The notes: generated by a model not told the origin, from the letters alone. A stretch of DNA of 64,000 bases from Entomortierella parvispora E1425 (GCA_020891255.1 BQFW01000001.1:1922001-1986000); one strand, 5' to 3'. Counted from the first letter of the stretch, positions 40,093-53,700 are shown. Numbers and translations are program-made.

Positions 40093-41175
40093 GGGTCATC
40101 AGGAAAATGGTAGACGCAGGCACAAAATTGTACAATATACATTTATTTTTACAACCGAAGACAGTTTTGCGACGATGATGATAAAGTGGGTCGACATTCA
40201 ATATAGGTTCCAACATCTCAGTGCTGTTCGATATGCAGATCATTTTGCATCTGTGAGTGCGCGGGCTAAAAATATACTGATTGACACATGGGCCATGGTG
40301 TCAATGCTCTTCAGATCAGGCCAAGGTCTGGATGTCCTGGGTCTTGCCTATATAACACAAAGGGCACGGTTTCAAGGGCTAGTGCATTTCGTTCAGACAC
40401 AGATATGAATGGCCATGATTTTTTCAAAAGGTCTAGACTCATCAAAAAAAAAGCTACTCATGTACTCGACGGTTGGGGCTGCACAACTCGTTCATTTCGT
40501 CTTCAAATGGTTGGTGCGACCCTCAAAACCAGAATCTGGTGACAAAAATCTGGACTGGTGCCATGTCGATCTTGGGCCATTCTTTCGATCCACACCAAGT
40601 GGTCTCTTTGTCACCCATTGTCCCAGAATCTGACTCCAACGAACTTTTTTTTCCTTCTTTTTTTTTTTTTTTTTTTTTTTTTGTTTGATGCAGAGGACCC
40701 CCGAAGGCGCATGAAGCTGACTGATCTTGTTCTGAACTCCACTGCCATGCCCAATCTATGGATCACATCCCCTCTTCCACCATGCCCTTTTGTTCATATA
40801 TCTTTCCTCAACCAGTCCGTGTGCAATCAACTGGCTACTGCACGCATTCAAGGAGCCTATCGCATGGTAGCCTTGAACGAGATTTGTCCGCCATGGACAA
40901 GACCTGTTTTTTGGCATGGAAACGCGTGTTTGATGCTCTGCGCGTGTGCTGTGCACATGTGTCGCATGCGTCAAGTGCAAAGCCCCGTCCACCAAAACAG
41001 AGGCACCTGCACGAGACCTATCTCTCTGTCATCTTTAGATCATTGCTCTGAGTGCTGACCATATCAATTCAAGCGGGGTCCGTCATCAAAGCAGATTCGA
41101 CGCCCAAACCCCGGAAAATAGACCACACCACCATTTGCCATTATTTTTTGGAGGGCGACTGCCTAGTGAAAACCT

Positions 41176-42273
41176 TTACTGTAAATAGCGTCCGTTTCCT
41201 CCATCTGTGGGGTATCTAAGAGGTGGCCTTGCTTCCATGACGGGCGAAAGAGATTCTTCCTTGGAAGGAGCTGGCACCGTTACTATTCCAGGGGCGGAAA
41301 GGGTATCTTCCGTAAGCGGTGTTGATATTGATGCACTCGCTGAAGTGTGGGTGTTGGTAGCAGCCGTGGAGGGGGAAGCGGGTTGAAGAATCGCCTGAGC
41401 CTCTTCCAACGTCATGGCGTCAATGTGCTTGGGGGTATAGTCCATCATGGCGAGTTGAACCCTGATCTCGGCCGGGAGCATAGACGACAAGGGGGAAGTC
41501 GACACGGCCACTGTCCATGCACGCTCGTCTTGCTCCAGCTGCAGTGCCTCCATGTCCTCTTGAAGAATAGCTTCAGCGTCCCGGATATGTTCAGGGCTAC
41601 GATATCCAAACATGGTACGATGCCGCGTCGCCACAAACTTTGAACAAGGTTCTTCTTCTTCTTGGGCGAGACTGGCATCGCTGCAGGTCATCCCGTATTG
41701 CAAATCGTCATGACCTTGTTCTCCTTGCCGTGACGAGTTTGTGTGGGGTGCCATGGAAACTGTGGTATCCTGGTGCAACTGCTGCTCATCCTTCTCTTCC
41801 TTTTCATGTTTTTTGACTTGTTGCTGCTGCTGCCGTTCCAGTTGAAGCTGCAGCTGCCGCCGCCGTTCTTGAAGGTCTTGTTCGTAGAGTTGTTGCTGTT
41901 TGGACTGTTGCTCCAAGATAGCGTTTCGATGACGGGACAGTTGCAATTGAAGTTCGGCTTGCTGGCGTATCCTTTGGGATTGCTCCAGTCGAACTTGGTC
42001 CTCTAGTCGGGATTGTTGTTTCTGGACCTGGACTTGCTGTAGTTGTTCCGCCGACATGGGGGGTGGAGGAGGCGAGAAACAGGTCAAGTCTGGGATGGCG
42101 TAGGCGGTAATGGAGGCCCAACGGACGGTTTGGACGGAGGAGACGGCGGAACTAGGGGCTCTTGAGGAGCAAGAAGGCAAGAGGAGGAGGGGAGAAGAGG
42201 TCATGGACAAAGGCGAAGAAGGAGTGAGAGGAAGCCGCCTTGAAGAGCGCCTCAGAATGGAGAAGGAGGACAT
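41176..42273 (-). CDS. Uncharacterised polyQ/coiled-coil protein with predicted mitochondrial presequence, intronless
   Basis: ATG 42273 follows a (CT)-rich leader; MSSFSILRRSSRRLP..VRWAS lacks acidic residues; Q-rich helix; long open frame. Confidence 0.6.
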   Translation of the reverse strand: MSSFSILRRSSRRLPLTPSSPLSMTSSPLLLLPSCSSRAPSSAVSSVQTVRWASITAYAIPDLTCFSPPPPPMSAEQLQQVQVQKQQSRLEDQVRLEQSQRIRQQAELQLQLSRHRNAILEQQSKQQQLYEQDLQERRRQLQLQLERQQQQQVKKHEKEEKDEQQLHQDTTVSMAPHTNSSRQGEQGHDDLQYGMTCSDASLAQEEEEPCSKFVATRHRTMFGYRSPEHIRDAEAILQEDMEALQLEQDERAWTVAVSTSPLSSMLPAEIRVQLAMMDYTPKHIDAMTLEEAQAILQPASPSTAATNTHTSASASISTPLTEDTLSAPGIVTVPAPSKEESLSPVMEARPPLRYPTDGGNGRYLQ

Positions 42274-42974
42274 TGAAAAGATGAGCAGAGAGGAAGGACG
42301 AGTCGACAGGGGAAGAAGAAGAGAAAGAGTGGATGACAAGAGAGAGAGAGAGAGAGAGAGAGGGAAGGAAGGAAGAGTGGACAAGGAAAAGGTGAAGAGG
42401 TGATGAGACGAAGAGAGAGGATGAAGAAGAAGGTGATTGGGTGCAAAAGAGTGTGGAGAGAAAGAGAGAAAGAGAGAAAGAGAGAACACAAAGACAAACA
42501 CAGTCAGTCAGTCAGTCAGTCAGTCAGTCAGTCAGGCGGACACAGGGCGGGGAATGGATGCACGGTGCACGGTGGGAAAGACCCAAAAGGGGGCCAGGAT
42601 AAGACTGGCACCACTTTTTGACCTGACTTTGGATTGGTGGCAATAATGGACATTTAAAATTTAAGCTGGCACGGGTGGGTGCATGTATGTATGTATGCAC
42701 CAGGCCATGCTGTCGCTGTCCTACGATGCAAGGCGACTGATACTGCTCTACTAGAGACTATCCTTCATATCTCAAGGCTGCTTTGATGACAGAGGATTGA
42801 TGGAACTAGGTTCTCATTGTGCGTGTCGATTGGCAGAGACGGAGTGTCACGAGAAAGCGAAAGGGCGGAGGATGGCTCTGGCGCGCGCCACCTCTTGGAG
42901 CGCAGTGCTTGCCTTTGCCGGGGCAAGCCAATCAATCGCACACGAGGCTTCGGGTCAGAAAGTGTCAACATGCT

Positions 42975-43143
42975 TGGACCGTCTAGATGACTGTGCAATT
43001 CATCGATCCTTGCCAAAGGTCCCTCGTAGTATGTGGGGTTATTACCGGCTAGTCGTGAGCAGACGCGCCCGCTTACTCTTGTCCAAGTCTAGGGAATCTG
43101 ACCATGTGAAGCTTATGAATTGCACAGTCATCCACACGGTCCA
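42975..43143. repeat. 29-bp inverted repeat pair (MITE-like or hairpin)
   Basis: tggaccgtctagatgactgtgcaattcat (42975-43003) vs 43115-43143, 27/29 with an 18-bp perfect core. Confidence 0.85.
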
Positions 43144-44340
43144 TTACTCCGCTTCTTTGTACTCTGATGGTGCGACCTTGCACCAAATAAAAATAAACCC
43201 CTGCTGGCGCCATCAGTCTGCAAACAGTGCAAGAATAGATACACCCCATGGTGTGGACGTCCAATGACGCTGAACGGCCCCTGGCAACTCGAAGCAAGAA
43301 CGGGCTACGCACCGCAGTGAAGGACGCGTTGCTATGAATAGCGTTGTTTTCTTTTTCTTTTTTTTTCATGAGTGGTTTAGGTCACTAGCACTTCGTTGAT
43401 CCGATGTTCGTGTCGATGCGCCCACGCACACCCAAGTAGTCGGGCTTTTAGGCTTTTAGTCATCATGTGGAAGCCGATGCTGTGAAAAAAAGGGTGTTGG
43501 GTGCTCGTCTGTTTCCCCATCTGGTCCCCTGGGATTCCCTTTTTGGTGTTCGGACCCCCTGTGGTTCAACGCCGAGGTGCGTGGGCGTGTAGCCAGCTAG
43601 AAATAGACACTTTTTTCTCTTGTTTTTGAGCCCTTTTGAGATCTCTAAGCCCTGGTTTGCATCCCTTTATTTTTGGTTTATAGTCATTACTGTCCTGTTG
43701 GACACAGACGGCTTGCCAGCCGACACTTTATTTTGAAATCTCGGATTAGTTTCCATTTCCTAGTGGTTTTTCCTTGGATAGTCTGAATGACAACAGACAC
43801 CGCCTTTCCCCCTCGCACCTCCTCACTGCTTCAACAGGCTTTCTCTTTTGCCGCCGCTTCTCTTTCCCGAGTTCTTTAGAATGGCATGCACCTCAGCACC
43901 AAGCGCTGGTCATTGTCTTGAGACAAACACGGATCACAAAAACTTGTAAGCAGACCCGGCCTCAACTCTTTCTGCTGAGATGCTTTGCTTTCTCGGTAAA
44001 CCAGATGTCGAGATGAAATTTGTATGGGAGAGGGGTGACATGACTACAGAAGAAGGGAGGCGCATCCCTGCATTCACCCAAACTATCCCGGGACAATCAT
44101 TGAAAAACAAAAGAACTATTCGAAATATTCTGAAATAAGGTTCAGCCTACCCCACAGTTGGAAGAAAAAAGCCCCGTGGTACCTTTTTTCCCCTGCGACC
44201 TTGGTGAGAACGATGATGGCCTTAGTCGCGCTATTTTTACCTGCATTATAGCCCTTGAACAGAGGTGGAGGTGGGAGGGTCCCTTTGTGCGGCCCTTACT
44301 TTTGCGCCACAAATCTCGGCAAGCTGGAGAAAAAAAAAGG

Positions 44341-44348
44341 TATAAAAT
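44341..44348 (+). promoter_or_regulatory. TATA box of the secreted-protein gene
   Basis: tataaata ~107 bp upstream of ATG 44448. Confidence 0.55.
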
Positions 44349-44447
44349 ACCGAGCCAATGTCACCAAGAATCCTCTTTTTTTTTCATTCAATTCACTCAG
44401 CACTCACAAATCCTCTACAACCTTCACACCCTTCACACCTTTTAACA

Positions 44448-45153
44448 ATGAAGTTCATCTCCACCGTCGCTGCTCTCTTGGCCGTCTCTGCCTCTGCTGC
44501 TTCTGCCCTCACGAACAGCGGCACCATCTACATCTATGTTAACAGCATGGAACACCCCAAGACCACCTTTGTGAAGAAGGGCTCCGGCAGCGAACTTGTC
44601 TCTGATGGCATTGCTTGCAAGGGCCCCAATGTTATCCCTGGCAAGAAACATCCCGGCGCACTTTATGGTGAATTCACCACTGTTGACAACGTGTGGGGTT
44701 TCAATCATGGACACGACAACGAATATGAGATGGGTAAAGATCAAAGAAGAACAGATTGAAAAATCAGATGCATACAGAAGGGGCAGGATCAACTCACACC
44801 GACTCCTTTCTTTCCTAGGCTACGTCAAAGTCGTCGGCACCAACAACTGTCTCACCTTGGTCAAAGGTCAGCCCTTGGCTGCTAAACCATGCCCCTCGTT
44901 CTCTAAGAAAATCGAGGTCGGCAACAAGTTTGCTTGGTACCATGACAGCCGCGGCAGTGCTATGTGGGCTTATTCTGGCAGTGCTGACGGTGACATGGAC
45001 AACGGCATCATTTTCGATAAGGCCAACCTCCAAACCACTGGCAAGACCATTGATGGCGTGAACCTCAATAATGACTCTGAGCAGAATGTGTTCCTCAGCC
45101 TCGGCTATGTCGGCTTGGGTGACACTGGCAAGAGCCCCACTGGCTGCCAGTAG
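44448..45153 (+). CDS. Secreted protein, 206 aa, 4 Cys, possible ricin-B/beta-trefoil-like segment; one intron (44734-44818)
   Basis: Signal peptide MKFISTVAALLAVSASAASA; GTNNCLTLVKGQPLAAKPC..KFAWY; exons join in frame; C-ending codon bias. Confidence 0.8.
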
Positions 45154-45997
45154 ACACCTATCTATCATCATTATCTTATCAATAAAATCCTAGGCCGTGC
45201 TTGAATGACCGGGGTTAATTCTCCAGTCAAAGCACCCTGATATATCCAAAAATTAAAGGCCAAAGAAATGTGAAAGCGAGTGGGGGGACAAAGTGCAGTA
45301 ATATCTACGGTCGTCCCTTGCATGTTCTTCTCTCCACCAATACCATGTTTCCCAAAAGAAGGGCGATCACGGAGATCATTCCCAAGATCATAGCCTATCT
45401 AGGTCTGGGACCTGGAGCTCTGCCCCGTCTCCCTCCTCTCCTCCTCTTCTCTCCCATACACCGGTACAACAGGTCGGAAGTGGCTAGCACCACGAAGATC
45501 TCCGTGGCTCCTCTTTGCGCCTTACGTCTTCTTGTTCATAGTTCACCTTTTTCGAATTGCTTTTAAAAGAAAATCCCTCACGCGTTCTGTAAACGCGATC
45601 AACGGTGGGTGGTGGAGAGTTACTGTCCATCACGACTCACCATTCATCATGTTGATCACATTGCTCTTTTCGTTGAAGACTCAATGGTATTTATTGCAAC
45701 TTTGTTCCCACGGAACCCAGACTGGTAGATAGAAGCGAATATATTTACAAGTGAAAGAGATGGACGGTGAGAGAGGGAGAGAGGGGAGAGAGAGTCGAAG
45801 CACTAACAAAAGAGAGACGGGAACAGCTATTGGTACACCTTGCCAACTTGACAAAAAAGTTGATAAGAAAAGATATGGAAAGGAATAGAAAAAAAAAAGG
45901 AAAGAAAAGAGGACTAGCTGAACTGCAGAAGCACAAGGACAAACGGTATTAAGAGGTAAGGTAGTGTTGCGCTCGAAAGAGACATATCTTTTTTTTT

Positions 45998-47745
45998 TTA
46001 AGCAAGTGCAGCAAGAATGTCGGCAGAGTAGTCTTGCATGTAAGGTGCGTAGCCTTGGAAGGCTGACTGTTGCTGTTGTTGTTGCTGGTGTTGTTGCTGC
46101 TGCTGTTGCTGTTGTTGAGCCAGTTGTTGTTGTTGTTGCTGGGCAAGCTGCTTATTGGCGGCTTTCTCGGCGCGACCACTGTTGTGGCGATGGATGCGGA
46201 TGTGCTGGTTCAAGTTGTCGCTGCGCGAGAATCGCTTGGGGCAGTTGTTAATCGGGCACTCGAAGGCTGTAGGGTAAACAGACAAAAATAGGAAAGGAAC
46301 ATTCGTCAGCAAGGAATGAAAAGAAAAGAAAAAGTTGGTTCAGCCATGCGTCTAGCGCTATTCTTACGTTTTTCCATGGTGTGGATGGAGCGGACATGAC
46401 GCTTGAGATGCTCGGATCGCTTGAAGACCTTGCCACAGTCCTCAGAGCGGCAGGTAAAGACTTTACCGCCGCTGTTGTCTGGGAAACAAGAGACGCGACG
46501 ACCGCGGGAACGCTTGGGCGTGGGTTTGATGATGGGTGTACCGTCTGCGTTTGTCAACATACCCGACATTGAGTTCAATGGCATTCCGTTGGCATCACAG
46601 GCCACACCGGCGTAAGCAGACGGTGAGGAGGGTTCGCTCTTGGTCCGCGAGAGACCATATGAGGAAGAGGACAACGAATGACAAGAGCTCGAGGCAGAGA
46701 TGGAACCGTGGTTGGAGAAGGGCGATCGAGGGGACATGGACGAGGACGAGGACGACTCCTCAGTCAGCGTGGGCAAAGAGCTGGTCGAATACCGGTGGGA
46801 ATGGTGGTGGTGATGGTGAAGGCCGGCAGTGTGGTGGTTATTGCTACTGTGGTTTTGGGTTTGTTGCTGGGCATACAGTGTGTGCTGGTTGGCCGATGCA
46901 TAGTAATCATCGTCGTACACAACATGACTGGTGTATCCCACTGTGCTATCGCACAACTCCATACTACGGGCAACTCCTGTAGCCTGGTTCAGGGCGGCTT
47001 GAGCGGCTAGTGCCGCACTGGCTTCAAACGAGGTCATGCTTGAGTTCGAGGATGCTGCCGTGGTCTCGCAGATCCCGGAGAGTTGGCTGTCAGAGAAGGA
47101 TCGAGCCATGCTCATCATGTATGTGGAGCCCATGGATGTGGGGACTTGGCCACCAAGAGCTGCAAATTGCTCTTCGGTGAGCTCAGGCTTGACACGTTGT
47201 TGTTGGTACATGTATTCGCTTGAGGCTTGGCAGTCCTCTGCAGTGGGAGTCGTGGTCGAGTAAGGCATGAAGCTATCGGCCTCATAGATGGGCTGCTCAT
47301 ACTCGTTCTCCGAGAACAAAAGACCGGCGCGCGCGGGCATGAAGGGATCCACGGGCATCTCGAGAAAAGTGCCAGACGCTGGCGATGCCGCATGGTCACC
47401 CAAAATCTGGATCTGGTGGATATTTTCCTGCGAGTTGGAGGGAGTGAACAGACCGTGAATCGGGCGATTGGGCTGCTGGTTCTGGTTTTGAAGAGGGGAG
47501 GAGGTGGGCGAGTTGCTCAACAACTGGGCGTGGCTCTGCATGGGCGATGGGGAAGAATAACAAGAGTCTGAAAAGGAAGGAGAGGGGGAGAACGCAGTGT
47601 TGGAATGGGCAGTGTTGTTGTTATCAAGGGCAAAGGCGACCACTTGGTCGAGCTGTGACTGGTCGATCTGATCACAGCTGGTCTGTGCCTTGTTGTCGAG
47701 AGACGCAGTCGAGAGCGCAGGCGAGGCGAGGGCCGAGGCGGTCAT
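45998..47745 (-). CDS. Msn2/4-type C2H2 zinc-finger transcription factor with polyQ tail; one intron
   Basis: KRSRGRR basic patch; CRSEDCGKVFKRSEHLKRHVRSIHTMEK|..FECPINNCPKRFSRSDNLNQHIRIH matches the Msn2/4 finger signature. Confidence 0.88.
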
Positions 47746-50700
47746 TGTGATTTTATATGTGTGTGTCTATGTCTGTGTGCGAGAGCAAGTGCGTTTTCCA
47801 ATGAAGAGTGAAGTGCCAAGCGAGTTTACAAGGTTGTCAAGAAAAATAGAAAAGAGTGATGTACAGAGAGCTCAAAGGACGACGTTTTCGTGGAGGATGA
47901 AGTTGGGGAGAGTGAAGAAAGGGCAAGGAAGTGCGTGAGATCAAGAGAAGTCGTAAAAGAAGCACAATGTGCGATGAGCTTGGGTATGGGCGGTGAAGTG
48001 GAAGAAGGAAAAAAAAAAAAGAAAAAAAAGAGGCGCTGCTGGTGTCCCTTTTGTAGTCTTCGAGAGAGTCGCATCGACCCGACCAGCAGCCAGCACGCCA
48101 GCACGGATTTAGAGGAGTGAGAACTGACAGACGATTGAATTGGCGTTTGTCCGTCTGCACAGTAGCAAAGGGAAGGAGCAAAAACAAAAGGAAAAGGCGC
48201 GTCCAGTCTGATTGAATCGGACTGAATAGACGAACCCCGTCTCTTGGGCTAGAATACAAAAAATCGAATTGATTCAATTGAGTAAACAAAAAAGCATTTC
48301 AACAGAGCGCAATGGGACATGGGTTACGTGTTGTTGTTTGTGCACAACACATTCAAAGGAAAACAAACATTGAGCAAACAAACCTCGACCGTGGATGACT
48401 TTGGATGACACGCTTGGCCGACTGACTGACAAACATGTCACGTCCTGAATGGTGAATGCCCTGCTTGTCGGGCCTGCTCACGGACCAGACAGTCCGCCTC
48501 CACTTGTCAGCATGCCCTGTCGTTCGGTCACGCCAAACAGAGTCAGTCTCCGCCTTTTTTGCACCTTCCACCTGGTCCATCCTGGCAAGACTCAGCCTCG
48601 GTGAACCCATGCTGTTGTCATTGCTCATTGCCGCCTCGCCACTAGACTGCACCTTTTTATTTTTTTCAGGTTGCCGTTTTTGCCTCTACAACGATCGATA
48701 TCATCTAGGGTTGAATGATGTCGGCTGCTTTCAGAACAAAAGACGGATCAGAATGGGACAGTCATCAGGACCCGAGGAAATCGAATCCGCTCCACCACCG
48801 ACTTTTTGTTGTTTTCTCCAACAGGCGGACCACAACCAAAAAGACTGGATAACATTCTCGCCCCATGTCTCCCAAACTCGGGCAATTGGGATGATGAGTT
48901 TCTCTTCGGTTGTTGTCTCTGGTCTCGAGGCATTCGAGGGAAGGGACAGCACAAAAAAAAAGTTACAGCGACGGTCGAATAGTGTTCTTCCCTGCCCTGG
49001 TTTTTTTTGTTCCCTCTTGGACCACTTTTCCGCCCCCTTGATTTTAGGGACTTGCATCTTCAGCGAGTAGATACTATGATTCACCTGCACCAACAGATAA
49101 CCAGAGCGTGATGGAACAGCCATATTCTCTGTCTCCTTGCTACATGTCCTTAAACCCAGACTGATCGTAGACTCTCAAGCGCGGTAGAATGGAGGGTGAA
49201 TGTGCAAGAGTAAAATGACTGCAATTGGGCCATGCAGATCCAAAAGAAAACAGAGCTGCCGGATAGAAACGCAAAGGGATTGAGCACACTGCAAAACGAC
49301 AACTATCCATAGAAGTCATGCTGGTCGAATAACCTGCCTAGACAATGGCTTGATGCCTCATGGGTTCAGACAGGACAAAGCTCGTCAGCTCACCAATTGG
49401 ACCATAGAGCGCGCAACAGGACAGACCAAATGGACGTCGGACCATAAATGCAAGTCGACAGAGTGAGAGGACTCATGGGTTCTACTGGTCTATCCTCAAA
49501 CCCTCTGTCCTAGATATCCGCATGGCCTCCTGTTGCAGATGCAACGTCCATTCTCTCTTCTCTCTTTTTTTTTCCTAACCTCGCGAAGGAGCGTTTTCTT
49601 GTGTCTGCGTGTGTTTTTTTTTTTTTTGGATAAGCCAAAGGTCACATCTACATGCCACACACCACATCACACCGCGCTCTGTCTCCTGGTTCTCTCTTTC
49701 TTCCGTAAAAAAAAAAAAAAAAAAAAAAGAACCTGCAGTTTCCTGATGAGCTTTGACCATGACAGACAGCACAACAGAGCACTTGACAGGAACGACAACA
49801 GACAGATGATAACGACTTTTTTTTTTTTTTTACTAAAACATCAGACGCCAAGTCTGGGAGAGCCCACCATCTAGCTGTGCGTAGATGCAGTCGTCGTCTT
49901 CGCAGTCGTCGTCGTCATCAAGGTTCCTCCGTGAAAGTAGATAATCCAAGATCTATTAATACGGAGACAAGAGCGTGCGTATTACCCGAATGACCTTTTT
50001 ACAGGTCCAGTTCCCCGGATCAACTTTTTTGTACTACTGAGGATCCTGTTCTGCCCCAGATGATCATGGACACCCCAAAACCAAAAAGAGCCGAGATAGC
50101 TTTTGCGTGGGCCACGATTTTTTCCATGCCAATGTCGCGTGGCAAAAAAAAAAAAATTTCCGCTCCCAACTCCAACTGTGGGGGAACGGGGGTCTGTGTG
50201 GGGGCGCTATCTTCTTCCTTGCCCTTTTAGTGCTCTAGGTTTTATGGATCAATGGAAACAAGCAGGGGGGAGAGAAGAGAGAGAGCCGATTAGGATATAT
50301 TGATTCAAGGACGAGTGAGGGGAAAGAGGGAGAGGAAGGAGAGGAGGGAGTTTCACAAGAACCCTTGCATACAAGTCCTTTGTCGCTCGACCTTTTTCGT
50401 AGAAAGGAGAAGACAAAGCTTCAGATGTGTCAACGACAACCAGAGACGAAACTCTTCTGTGCCGATCAGACAAAAGGATGTGGGAAAGACACACATGGGA
50501 AAAAGATAATCTGTAGGAAAACGCTCAATCTGTTAACGGACATCAAGGACTGTCCTCGATGACCAAGATGGAGGGCAAGGACAAAAAAAAACAACGGCTC
50601 GACCATAAAACCACTCCGTAACGACACGACTTTACTTTGCCAAAGGAGCGCAATGGCCAAGCGTTAGCGGCACCACCAAAAGCCCAATGCACGAACAAAA

Positions 50701-53700
50701 AAAGAATAAGAAAAGCCCACAAGAACAGTCAGTTAGATACAAACCAACGACTGCAAGGATTGCATTTCATGCTCCTCATGCTCACCTGTCCTTCGGGGCT
50801 AGAGAGGAGCCAAGTCAGAACTGACCATTCTTTTTTTTTTTTTTTTTGCATGGATGATATCAGGCCTGGTGCGGTTCCATTTCCGTTGCCGCGCAGAATC
50901 CCAATAGTGCCACATCAAAAGGCAATTTATCCACATGCACGCACGCGCGACGACGGTACTGATCAAGGACAAATCGATCATGCAGACGACGCATCGCAAG
51001 GTTCACCTTCCACCATCGTGCCATGTCCTCGGTTGATTTATGAGTGATTGTACTCTCGACCATTGGTCTCTCGCGGATCGCTACCATGTTACCTCCACTC
51101 TGGGTGGATGGTTACTCCGAGAGCTGATTTGTGTTTTGGATCCCATTCGGCCACTCCGGGGGGGGGGGGGGGGGGGGACGGGAGGATAAGGGCGAGAGGA
51201 AGTGTCATTAATTGACTATAGCAAGATCATACCCTCTCCCACATGAGGACAGATCTTCGGGGTTCAGGTACCCAGACTTGTATTATCCTGGCTGGGTCCT
51301 GTCATCATTGCGATGGAGTCGTAAAAAAAAAAGGTGGAACCAAAGATCGAATGCCTGGACCACCTCAAACCATAAGAAAAAAAGGCAGAGACGGATGAGG
51401 CAACATCACAAAAGAAAAAAAAAACTCCAATCTTGCTACTGCCTGGGTAATGGATGGAGGTCTTTTTTTTCTTTTTGTTTGAAAGAGTTTAGCCATTTAT
51501 GATCTCTTTACCACTCCCAAGCCCTCGAACGCGGATGACCAGGGTTTTCTTCGCCTTAGCCCCTCATCCCCATCCATCCTTTCTCAAAAGATTATCAAAT
51601 ATTCTCTCCAACGACTGTCCAACGAGCAACCCCCCGACCCCCTGTTCCCATCCCCTCCAATGTACCATGGGATCCTAACCTCCTACGAGCCTTCTAGAGC
51701 TGCAAAATACCCTTTTCATGATCGCAGTTGTCAAATGATCAGCAAGCATGCGTATTCTGATGTCGACCTTGCATCGCACCACACTCAGTGGTGGATCTAA
51801 AAACATGGGTCTAAGGAAAGAAGTAGGGTTTTACTGGAGTCTACCAAAGTGCCTTATCGCGTCGTCTACAGAGGCGCAGGGACCGCGTCTAACAAACATG
51901 GGATCTGTTTCGCGATGCTGCGATTGGTTTTTGTTGTTGTCTTTTGGTGTGGACCCATAAATGCCTGCCTGCATCAAGTCTAGTATACCAGTATACTTTT
52001 CGCTAGGAATGTTTTGGTTACGCAAAGTGAAAGGGCCTTGGAGACCATTACACAAAAAAAGAAAACGATGAAAGAAAGAAAATGAAAAAGAAAAAAAAAA
52101 CATCGAGAGCCCTGATCAAAGACAAAGGAAGTTCCCCTCTTACGCCATGGAAGAACCAGGCCCTCAAGATTGCTCTCCCCTCTCTTGGGCTAAGTCAACA
52201 AAGGGTGGGCGTCGTTCACTCTGCTGCTCTCAAAGGTGCAGGCACTGTGCATTGCTGTGTTTGTCTTTTTTTTTTTGCTCTCGAAGGACATCAACTCAGA
52301 GTTAGATTTGGGTGCAACAACACCGACTTGCTGGCTGGAGCGCAGAATGGTGGAGCCTCAATTGCTCAAATGCTGCAGCACAACGACGTGAAGGTGCGTC
52401 ATCTGTGCTGAAAAGCGCCCCTTTGATCCACTGCGTTTTTCATCGAAAGATCGAGGGTACCGCCACGGGCGGGTTTGAAATGAACGAATATCCCTCTCCT
52501 TCACACATGCACATACTCACGCACAGAGCAAACAACGATATACTGTAGAAAGAAAAAAACAGGGGGGTGAAAGCAATGAGAGAGAGAGGAAAAAAAGACT
52601 TGATCCAGGAATGCCAAACCACATTCTTTAGACGCGGCCCTTCATTCCTCGAGTCACCAAGAGGGCACGATCCAAGTCTTTCTTTGTGCCACCATTGCAC
52701 TCGCTTGCCATTATTATTCCTTCCTCTATTTCCGCTCTTTGTCTTCGATCTGCACCCCTTGGGGATGATCAAATAGACCCTTGGGCCAGGTGTGTCTGTG
52801 TGTAGGTGTTCACTCTTCTTTTTGAGCGTCAATCATGCATATGCAATGGACACTTTGGGAATCAGTTGCATGCCTCAGGTTATGTTTCCTTGAACCATGC
52901 AAAGATAAGGAGAGTAGAACATCACCCTATCCTTTGTTTGGATCGTTGTCGCGAAAAAAAGATCGTTGCCCGCTTTTTGTTCCATTCATGCTTTTGAGGA
53001 GATACCTGTTGAAATGCAGCCAATTGGGCAGACTGTGAGGAAGGAGAATCGTTTGGCTGTTAAGCAACCGACATTCTTTCGAGCAATAGCCCCTAGTTGC
53101 GTGAAATGCGAATAGTGAAAGAAAAAATGTAAGTCAACATCAGACGAGAACCCTTGTCGCCTCGCTGCCCACGGTCCACCTCGGTGTATTTGTGGTTTGG
53201 TGAAAAAGTTTTGCGATCGGACCACTGCCCTCTCTCTTTCTCTTTCTCACTTTAGCACCTTCTCAGGGATTGGCAGTGGGTCTCACCTTCCCCTTGGACT
53301 AAAAGCGCGAATGCCTCTGAGCATGGACCCCACTCCCTGAACTCTAAAATGGGATTCACTCCAAAAGGACACTGAGACCGAGGATGTCAGTTTTGTTTGG
53401 AAAGTCACCTGCAATGGTCTCGAAAGCATCCCTACCATCCCAATTGATCCTGGCGGTCTGTTTCTTTGGCTCGTCTTGGCTGGAATCATTATTTCACACA
53501 GCACAATGAGGCAGAAGGACAGTCGTGGGCCATTTTTGATCTATTGTGGTCCGCGCGCGACTTTTTACTTTAAATCAGTGTAGATAACGGGAAAGAGTGC
53601 TTTTTGCTTCGAGGCAAGGCGAAGCTGATACGATCCAAGACCTATGTTTGCTGGCGTCTGAAACGCGAAATGAACATGGCACGCTTTTGTAATAGCCTTA

